A stretch of 64,000 bases of DNA, taken from positions 1-64,000 of the forward strand of contig JALNJZ010000004.1 of assembly GCA_023261845.1 (NCBI GenBank), read 5' to 3'. The stretch comes from Candidatus Terraquivivens tengchongensis (GTDB taxonomy: Archaea > Thermoproteota > Nitrososphaeria_A > Caldarchaeales > Wolframiiraptoraceae). The first letter of the stretch is position 1, and each line of letters begins with the position of its first letter. The notes under the pieces were generated by a model that saw only the letters and a program-made list of their open reading frames with translations, was not told where the DNA came from and made no database searches. The position numbers and the translations under genes were made by a program. This document shows, piece by piece, positions 57,434 through 64,000 of the stretch.

Positions 57434-58896
57434 TGGAGACAAATTACTTGCTTTTCATCAGCGTATTCTTGCCTTTACTTACCTCGCCTTTCACCTACCT
57501 ATTGGGGAAACGTTCATGGAAATACGGAGCCATGCTATGCCACATTTCCTGTCTCATACCGTTCCTGATAATCATCTACTATACGCCGACAATAATGGCT
57601 GGTGAGCGGCTCTACGAGGCATACAGCTGGATACCGGCATTCGGTCTCAACCTGAACTTGATGTTGGATAGCCTAAGCTACACGTTCGCCCTACTCATAT
57701 CTTTGATGGGGTTCTTGGCTAGCGTTTACTCGCACAGATACATGGAGCACGAAAGTAGGCTGGAAGTCTACTATCCTCTGCTCCAAATATTCCAGACGGG
57801 TATGATGGGTGTTGTCCTTTCTTGGAACCTATTCATGCTCTACATATTCTGGGAAATCATGCTTATACCATCCTACTTCCTTATAGCGTACTGGGGAACG
57901 GGGAACCCGAGGCTCATAGGCTTCAAGTACTTCATCTTCACACATGCTGGCGCTCTTTGTATGCTTCTCGGCATAGCTTGGTTGAATTCTATATTCGGTA
58001 ACATGGACATGTCAATACTCTTAGAAAACGTTCCCCGTGCCTATGAAATCCACAGAGCATCGCTGCTGAGCATAGCAGCGTTGATATTCGTGGGTGCGGC
58101 CGTTAAGATGGCAGTGTTTCCGTTCCACACTTGGCTTCCAGATGCTCACGCCGAGGCACCAACACCGATAAGCGTCCTCCTGAGTGGCGTCATGATAAAG
58201 ACAGGCGTTTATGCTTTTGCAAGACTGCTGCTTGGGCTCATGCCGGCGGCAGTATCCGAGATGTCGGCTTGGCTCATACCCCTTGCGATCGTAACCATGC
58301 TTTGGGGAGGTATTATGGCCCTCGTTCAGAACGACGTTAAGAGACTTTTGGCGTACAGTAGCATCAGTCAGATGGGCTACATACTCTTCGGTCTCTCATC
58401 GCTCGCACCGCTTGGTGCTTCCGGTAGCCTGTTCCATGTTCTGAATCACGGCTTTGCAAAAGGGCTACTCTTCATGGGTGCTGGAGCATTAATACATGAG
58501 GTTAAGGAGAGAGATTTGTCGAAACTCGGCGGCCTAGCCTCCAAGATGCCCGTCACTGCCATAACGATGCTTGTGGCAGGATTATCGATAGCCGGGACGC
58601 CGCCGCTTGGAGGCTTCGCGAGTGAATGGATGATATTTTCTGGGGCCTTCATGTCCGGCGCGATAATTCCGACATCCATCGCAATAATCGCAACCGCTAT
58701 CACGGCCGCATACTACCTTAGAATGATTAGGGCCATTTTCTTTTTGGAGTTAAAGCACGAAAAGGTAAAGGAGGCGCCCGTTGGTATGCTATTCTCCATG
58801 AACGTATTACTGCTACTAGTCATCGTCTTGGGATTCATTAACGCTCCGATACTCAGCATAATAGGAAGGGCTGTAAGCACTTGGATAGGGATGTAG
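57430..58896 (+). CDS. nuoM: NADH-quinone oxidoreductase subunit M-like antiporter module
   Basis: FWE..LIP, K...FPFHTWLPDAHAEAPTP.S, D.K..LAYSS. Confidence 0.88.
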   Translation: MMETNYLLFISVFLPLLTSPFTYLLGKRSWKYGAMLCHISCLIPFLIIIYYTPTIMAGERLYEAYSWIPAFGLNLNLMLDSLSYTFALLISLMGFLASVYSHRYMEHESRLEVYYPLLQIFQTGMMGVVLSWNLFMLYIFWEIMLIPSYFLIAYWGTGNPRLIGFKYFIFTHAGALCMLLGIAWLNSIFGNMDMSILLENVPRAYEIHRASLLSIAALIFVGAAVKMAVFPFHTWLPDAHAEAPTPISVLLSGVMIKTGVYAFARLLLGLMPAAVSEMSAWLIPLAIVTMLWGGIMALVQNDVKRLLAYSSISQMGYILFGLSSLAPLGASGSLFHVLNHGFAKGLLFMGAGALIHEVKERDLSKLGGLASKMPVTAITMLVAGLSIAGTPPLGGFASEWMIFSGAFMSGAIIPTSIAIIATAITAAYYLRMIRAIFFLELKHEKVKEAPVGMLFSMNVLLLLVIVLGFINAPILSIIGRAVSTWIGM

Positions 58897-58964
58897 CTGG
58901 CGCAATGTTCTGTAAAGCAAAAATTAATATGCGTTATAGATAAAAATAGACAGGGTGCTCAAGC

Positions 58965-59999
58965 TTGAGCAGACCTTGGCACGCCCTTACATTGCTCTTA
59001 ATACTAGTACTCTTCATACCAACAATCCATGCTGAGGCCTTTACGATGAGCATAAACGATGATTCTGTCAAGATAGAGCTGAGCTATCCGACAGAGGTGA
59101 AACCGAGCACGTGTTTTAGTATTAGGGTTGACGTGACGGTATTGAAAGCCGTGTCGAACCTTAAAGTGCACCTAAAGGTCCTTTATCATACAGGCACGTC
59201 TACCACGACGCTATACGATGCTGATCTTGTGACATCTTTCACGGATGGACCTGGCTTAGTGTATAGCGGCGTGTTGACGCTTTGTCCACCCTCGACGTTC
59301 GGCACGCTTGTGTCTGCAAGGGTTAACGCCACTTATACAGGCGGAGGCCTCTTCCAAGAGTTTTACATGGCAGGCGTTAGGAGCAAGTACTACTCGGAAG
59401 TAACAGCTGAGCTTGACGCTGCGAAGTCAACGATAAGCATACTTCAGTCCGAGGTTTCGAGCCTAAGAGGCACAATTGATGCGCTCAAGTTGGAAGCAAG
59501 AAAGCTTAAGGATGAAGTCTCGAAGCTGAATGAGTTGATTAACGAATTGGAAGTTGAGAATGAGCTACTAGAATACAAGCTCGCCTCAGCCGAGACACTT
59601 AACAAGCAGCTGAAGGAGAGGTTATCCAAGCTTGAGGTTGAACTCTCTTCAGTCCGTAATAGCTATCTTAACCTATCTTCCGAATACGCCATCTTACAGG
59701 ACAGGTATGATTCACTGCTAAAGTCTGAGGAGAGTATCAGGCAGAAGTATGAGGATCTCAGCTCCGACTACAACTCGCTCAGCAAAGACCACGCAATGCT
59801 CATGGCACTATACAATGACTTGAGGAGCATGTATCAAGACCTTCAGGCAAGGTACGAAGACGCTCTGGAAAAGATAGGAAGTCTACAGGAGTTGTTGAAA
59901 GAAAGCGAGGAGGAGTACAAGACCTTAAGTCAACAGTACGCCGTTGCTAGCTGGGAGAGGGGCGTGGTGATATGGGTTGCCATAGCCCAACCTACGTAA
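58965..59999 (+). CDS. secreted protein: signal peptide, beta-rich domain, long coiled coil; C-terminal anchor apparently truncated
   Basis: Hydrophobic N-terminus, heptad repeats over the C-terminal half, ends VVIWVAIAQPT*. Confidence 0.75.
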   Translation: MSRPWHALTLLLILVLFIPTIHAEAFTMSINDDSVKIELSYPTEVKPSTCFSIRVDVTVLKAVSNLKVHLKVLYHTGTSTTTLYDADLVTSFTDGPGLVYSGVLTLCPPSTFGTLVSARVNATYTGGGLFQEFYMAGVRSKYYSEVTAELDAAKSTISILQSEVSSLRGTIDALKLEARKLKDEVSKLNELINELEVENELLEYKLASAETLNKQLKERLSKLEVELSSVRNSYLNLSSEYAILQDRYDSLLKSEESIRQKYEDLSSDYNSLSKDHAMLMALYNDLRSMYQDLQARYEDALEKIGSLQELLKESEEEYKTLSQQYAVASWERGVVIWVAIAQPT

Positions 60000-60121
60000 G
60001 GGACCATGCCCGCCATCATTCCGGCTGCACCGATAAATGCTCCGGTGCCTATGAGGATTAAGCCGCCTATAATCTCAAGTATCGCTAGGACCGTTACACC
60101 GAATGGCCTTTCTTTTTGCAT
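59930..60121 (-). pseudogene. truncated small membrane protein (RP.GVT.LAIL..I.G N-terminus)
   Basis: First TM helix intact; the frame then runs into the antisense of the convergent gene at about 59990. Confidence 0.55.
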
Positions 60122-60161
60122 AAATTGCACATAACCTTACAGCATTTAAGCCTTTCGATTT

Positions 60162-60626
60162 TTATGTTTCGATGAATTCTACAGCATCCGTTGATTCATC
60201 ATAAACTATAACGGAATCCCACCCCGGGTTGAGGGCTAGTGTACCGTCAAACCTCTCGCATCTACGCTTATGTGTGTGCCCGTGAATGACGATATTATAC
60301 ATCCCGCTTTTCACGAGTGCTTCTACGAGTTCGGAATATTCACCATGAAGCACGGCTATCTTCTTGCCGTTTAAGTTAAGCGATGCAAACCTGCCCTCCA
60401 AGCTGGAGCCTATCTCCCTCAAGGTTTTCTCCAGTAAAAGGAGGTCTCCGTCATTGTTGCCAAGGACTGATACGACCTTTAATCCCTTAAACTCTCTAAC
60501 CGAGAACGGCGCTACCCAGTCACCGCAATGGATGACGAGCTCGACCTTTCGCTCCTTAAAGAGCTGAACTGCTCTTCTTATCCTATCTAAGTTATCATGT
60601 GTGTCCGATACTATGCCTATTAACAC
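60162..60626 (-). CDS. YfcE-type metallophosphoesterase
   Basis: SDTH, HCGD, GNND, HG, HGHTH, NPG. Confidence 0.92.
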   Translation of the reverse strand: MLIGIVSDTHDNLDRIRRAVQLFKERKVELVIHCGDWVAPFSVREFKGLKVVSVLGNNDGDLLLLEKTLREIGSSLEGRFASLNLNGKKIAVLHGEYSELVEALVKSGMYNIVIHGHTHKRRCERFDGTLALNPGWDSVIVYDESTDAVEFIET

Positions 60627-60707
60627 CTTAGTTCACCACTTTACGCTCCCCGCTACCATCCTAACGATCGGTAAAAGTTTTTAGTTTTTTCTAGCATTAA
60701 ATAGACT

Positions 60708-61817
60708 ATGGTTAAGTGGAGACTGCTGGACCTGGGCTTTGCGGACCACTTGATGGCTCAAACATTCTATGAGGCAACTGCGAAGGTCCTTGACGAAGGC
60801 TTAGTAACCAACACACTCATACTTGTAATTCCGAAAAACCCTTACGTCTGTATAGGGTTTCATCAAGAGCTGGAGAAAGAGGTAGATGTAGAGTATTGCA
60901 AGCAAGCGGGCTTGCCGATAATCCGTAGGACGCAAGGAGGTGGGGCCGTCTATCTTGATAGCAACCAGCTCTTCTATCAGGTTGTGGCAAGAAAGGATGA
61001 CGAGCTCGTGCCGTCGAATGTGGAAAGGCTTTTCGAGAAATTCCTAGGCGTGACTGTGTATGTTTACCGAAAGCTAGGCCTACCAGCTGAGTTTAAGCCG
61101 ATTAACGACGTCGTGGTTAGGGGTAAAAAGATATCTGGAAACGGTGCAGGCGTATTCGGAAACAATGCAGTGATTCTCGTAGGCAACATAATACTCGACC
61201 TAGATTACGAGTCCATGTGTAGGATTCTAAGAGTCCCAGATGAGAAGTTCAAGGATAAAATGGCCCGCAGCATGAGGGAGTGGGTTACATCTCTGAAGAA
61301 TGAGCTGGGTTATGTGCCGGAACTTGAAGAAATCAAGAGACTTATAATTGAAGGTTACAGGGAGCTGCTTGGAATCGAGCTCGAGGAGGTAAGTCCATCA
61401 AAGGAGGAGCTTGAAATATGGGAGAACGAGGTGAAGCCTAGGCACCTATCTGCAGAATGGCTCTACATGCTGGAGGGGAGGCATGGATGGCTGGCGGACG
61501 GTAGGGTTGTTAAAGTTTCATCCTCTGTCAAACTGGTCGAAGTGGCTTACAAGGCGAGTAAGCTCATCAGGATAACGGCCGAGGTTGTTGATGGTAAACT
61601 GTCGGATGTTTTAATCTCTGGCGACTTTTTCATGATCCCGGAAAGCAACGTCGTTAAGCTCGAGGAAGTGCTGAAGGGCTCTCCGCTAGAAATGAACGAA
61701 ATACTCAAAAGGATTGAAAGCTTCTACCAAGAAACAGGCACGCAGACACCGGGGATAACTGCTGAAGATTTTGCTAAAGGTATCCTGAAGATTAAAGAGG
61801 CAATAAAGGGTGTTTAA
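60708..61817 (+). CDS. lplA: lipoate--protein ligase A
   Basis: IG.HQ..E.EV, RR..GGGAVY.D, ND....KKISG; C-terminal ISGDFF domain. Confidence 0.88.
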   Translation: MVKWRLLDLGFADHLMAQTFYEATAKVLDEGLVTNTLILVIPKNPYVCIGFHQELEKEVDVEYCKQAGLPIIRRTQGGGAVYLDSNQLFYQVVARKDDELVPSNVERLFEKFLGVTVYVYRKLGLPAEFKPINDVVVRGKKISGNGAGVFGNNAVILVGNIILDLDYESMCRILRVPDEKFKDKMARSMREWVTSLKNELGYVPELEEIKRLIIEGYRELLGIELEEVSPSKEELEIWENEVKPRHLSAEWLYMLEGRHGWLADGRVVKVSSSVKLVEVAYKASKLIRITAEVVDGKLSDVLISGDFFMIPESNVVKLEEVLKGSPLEMNEILKRIESFYQETGTQTPGITAEDFAKGILKIKEAIKGV

Positions 61818-61868
61818 GTTTTTGAAAGTAATCAATAAATATTTACAGATGACACCTTCCGGCTCGAA

Positions 61869-63254
61869 ATGAACGATTATCCTAAAAAAAGAGTTGCATT
61901 GCTTGTCACCACGATTGGGTCTTTTCTTACACCGTTCATGGGCTCTTCAATAAACGTCGCCCTGCCATCTATGGCGAAAGAGTTCGCGATGGACGTTATC
62001 CTCATGAATTGGGTAGCTATGTCGTTTCTTCTGGCGGCCGCGGCATTCCTCGTGCCTTTCGGGAGAGTTGCTGACCTTTACGGAAGAAAGAGGGTCTTCT
62101 TATATGGCTTGATTGTTTACACGATTTTTTCATCTCTTTCGGCCACTTCCACATCTCCTATTCTCATAATCTTCTATAGAGCATTCCAAGGTGTTGGGGG
62201 TGCGATGATATTCGCCACTGCCGCAGCAATACTGACTTCGGTATTCCCACTTGGCGAGAGGGGGAAGGCCCTCGGCATAAACGCAGCTTCAATCTACTTG
62301 GGGCTTTCGCTAGGCCCGTCTCTAGGTGGCTTGATGACCCAGAACCTAGGTTGGAGGAGTCTCTTCATCTTGAACGCGGTTATCGGTCTGATAGCAATCC
62401 TCATCGTTTTTTGGAAGTTAGATGGTGAGTGGGCCGAAGCGAAGGGTGAAAAGTTTGACTTGATAGGTTCTACAACCTACGGACTGGCGCTCGTCGTCAC
62501 GATGTACGGTATATCTTTACTTCCTTATGAGTTGGGGTTGCTTTTGGCAGGCCTAGGTGTTTTAGGCCTCACGACGTTCGTCGTTTGGGAATCTAGGATG
62601 AAAAGCCCTGTGCTCAACATAAGCCTGTTCAGAAATAACGTTACGTTTGCATTCTCCAATCTTGCGGCTCTGATAAACTATAGCGCGACGTTTGCCGTAG
62701 GCTATCTGTTGAGTCTCTATCTACAGAACGTGAAGGGGCTTAGTCCCCAGAATGCTGGTATGATACTGCTCGTCCAACCTGCCATGATGGCTATCTTTTC
62801 ACCGGTTGCGGGCAGGCTTTCAGACAAGATAGAGCCGAGGGTTCTTGCATCGGTCGGTATGGCATTAACGGCTGTATCGCTTTTCCTATTCACTTCCCTC
62901 AGCGAGCAGACAACCACAGGCTTCATAACGGCCAACTTACTTTTGATAGGACTCGGGTTCGGACTCTTTTCATCTCCCAATACGAATGCCGTCATGAGCT
63001 CCGTAGAGAGGAGGTTTTATGGAGTCGCATCCGCGACGCTTGCGACGATGCGGTCCGTTGGTCAGATGCTGAGCATGGGCATAGTAACTACTGTATTCGC
63101 CGTCTACATGGGCAGAGTCCAAATAACTCCTGAATACTATCCGGTTTTCCTGAAGAGCGTTAACTTGGCGTTCATAATCTTCTCAGCACTCTGCTTTGTA
63201 GGTATTTTCGCGTCGTTGTTAAGAGGCAGACTAAGTAGTTTTCCGAGGCATTAA
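61869..63254 (+). CDS. MFS transporter, 14-TM DHA2-like
   Basis: INVALP, G..AD..GRKR, RAFQGVGGA, ERGKALG, GP..GG, WR. Confidence 0.92.
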   Translation: MNDYPKKRVALLVTTIGSFLTPFMGSSINVALPSMAKEFAMDVILMNWVAMSFLLAAAAFLVPFGRVADLYGRKRVFLYGLIVYTIFSSLSATSTSPILIIFYRAFQGVGGAMIFATAAAILTSVFPLGERGKALGINAASIYLGLSLGPSLGGLMTQNLGWRSLFILNAVIGLIAILIVFWKLDGEWAEAKGEKFDLIGSTTYGLALVVTMYGISLLPYELGLLLAGLGVLGLTTFVVWESRMKSPVLNISLFRNNVTFAFSNLAALINYSATFAVGYLLSLYLQNVKGLSPQNAGMILLVQPAMMAIFSPVAGRLSDKIEPRVLASVGMALTAVSLFLFTSLSEQTTTGFITANLLLIGLGFGLFSSPNTNAVMSSVERRFYGVASATLATMRSVGQMLSMGIVTTVFAVYMGRVQITPEYYPVFLKSVNLAFIIFSALCFVGIFASLLRGRLSSFPRH

Positions 63255-63320
63255 GTGAATAATAAACAAACTAGGCTAGACTGTTCGGTAACCCTATCAT
63301 CACCTTTACAGCATTTAACC

Positions 63321-63431
63321 CTAAGATTGCTTCGCACCAGAGGCTTTCGACCTACACTTGTCACATACTCTTTTGCCTTCAACATAGTACAGATTTTCTG
63401 TCTTCCTTCCACATATCTGACACTTCGGCAT
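63321..63431 (-). CDS. 36-aa C4 zinc-finger microprotein, not in ORF track
   Basis: MPKCQICGRKTENLYYVEGKRVCDKCRSKASGAKQS*. Confidence 0.7.
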   Translation of the reverse strand: MPKCQICGRKTENLYYVEGKRVCDKCRSKASGAKQS

Positions 63432-63480
63432 GTCAATCCCTTATTAGTATTACATCAGCGCATATTTTTGCTTTCCATCC

Positions 63481-63513
63481 AATGTCCCTTATATTGGACC
63501 TATAAAGGACATT
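63481..63513. repeat. inverted repeat downstream of tRNA-Ser
   Basis: AATGTCC-C-TTATA ... TATAA-A-GGACATT. Confidence 0.5.
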
Positions 63514-63536
63514 AGGGGGTGTACGATGAGTTTAGG

Positions 63537-63629
63537 CGCCGGGGGCGGGATTTGAACCCGCGCGGCCATAGGCCACCGGTTTAGCAGACCGGCCCCTTCG
63601 GCAGACCTACCGGGCTAGGGCACCCCGGC
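63537..63629 (-). tRNA. tRNA-Ser(GCT) with 10-nt intron at position 22/23 (63597-63606)
   Basis: Spliced form GCCGGGG TG CCCT AGCCCGGTA GGGG G CCGGT CTGCTAA ACCGG, long variable arm TGGCC-TAT-GGCCG, C GCGGG TTCAAAT CCCGC CCCCGGC G. Confidence 0.9.
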
Positions 63630-63779
63630 TGAAAGCACGCGTAACACTCTCTTCGTCTCCTTTCTATCTTACCATTTCATAAGCTTTTACTAAGGGTCCC
63701 GATGTGTTTCTCTGCGTTCTACGATTTTAAGAAAAAAGGAAAGTCGGCTACTTTCTAAAAGGATCTTCTAGGTTGTTTA

Positions 63780-63896
63780 CCGAAAAGCTTATATTCTTTC
63801 GCTGGAGTTTATAAAGTACCCAGCAAAAGGGGCACCAGCGAGAGGTTGGGAGAATAAAGTGGCCTAATTCCCGGAAAAACCGGGGAATTAGGCTCG
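63780..63896 (+). promoter_or_regulatory. CRISPR leader
   Basis: BRE/TATA-like GAAAAGCTTATA at about 63782, non-coding, directly precedes the first repeat. Confidence 0.6.
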
Positions 63897-63998
63897 GAAT
63901 CTCAAAAAGAGAATTGAAAGTTTGGATGCCTTTTGCAATACCTGGTGCAAAGAGGCCGCAACATGTGAAGGTAAGAATCTCAAAAAGAGAATTGAAAG
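63897..63998 (+). CRISPR. start of CRISPR array (2 identical 24-bp repeats, one 54-nt spacer); probably continues beyond the window
   Basis: GAATCTCAAAAAGAGAATTGAAAG at 63897-63920 and 63975-63998, with the typical ATTGAAAG end. Confidence 0.88.
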
Positions 63999-64000
63999 TT

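Noticed and set aside
63251-63515. 61-aa and 86-aa ORFs from the track
   Set aside because: Alternate frames; the 36-aa C4 finger frame is more protein-like

Overview
Gene-dense archaeal chromosomal segment, most likely TACK lineage (Nitrososphaerota/Aigarchaeota-like, thermophilic). This is inferred from the class I LysRS, single-OB crenarchaeal-type SSB, AdoMetDC-type arginine decarboxylase, frequent TTG/GTG starts and a GAATCTCAAAAAGAGAATTGAAAG CRISPR repeat. Most genes are housekeeping: 2-oxoacid:ferredoxin oxidoreductase, valS, lysS, uS11, uS4, lipid synthesis (GGR, egsA), Moco, NAD salvage, class I and II fumarases, purP/purP/guaB/purA, taw1, menA, nuoL/M-like and lplA. Features missing from the ORF track: four box C/D guide sRNAs, two tRNAs with non-canonical introns, two zinc-finger microproteins under 50 aa, an ORB-like candidate origin, three +1 frame breaks at homopolymers, two apparent deletion scars and the start of a CRISPR array. 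The strongest novelty candidate is a tRNA-Cys(GCA) gene with an 18-nt intron at position 8/9. Its BHB splice motif uses the 5' acceptor strand, and a leader copy of that same strand (GCCGGGG) lies just upstream, which suggests a strand-swap folding route for splicing. All family calls are by eye from motifs; no database searches were run.
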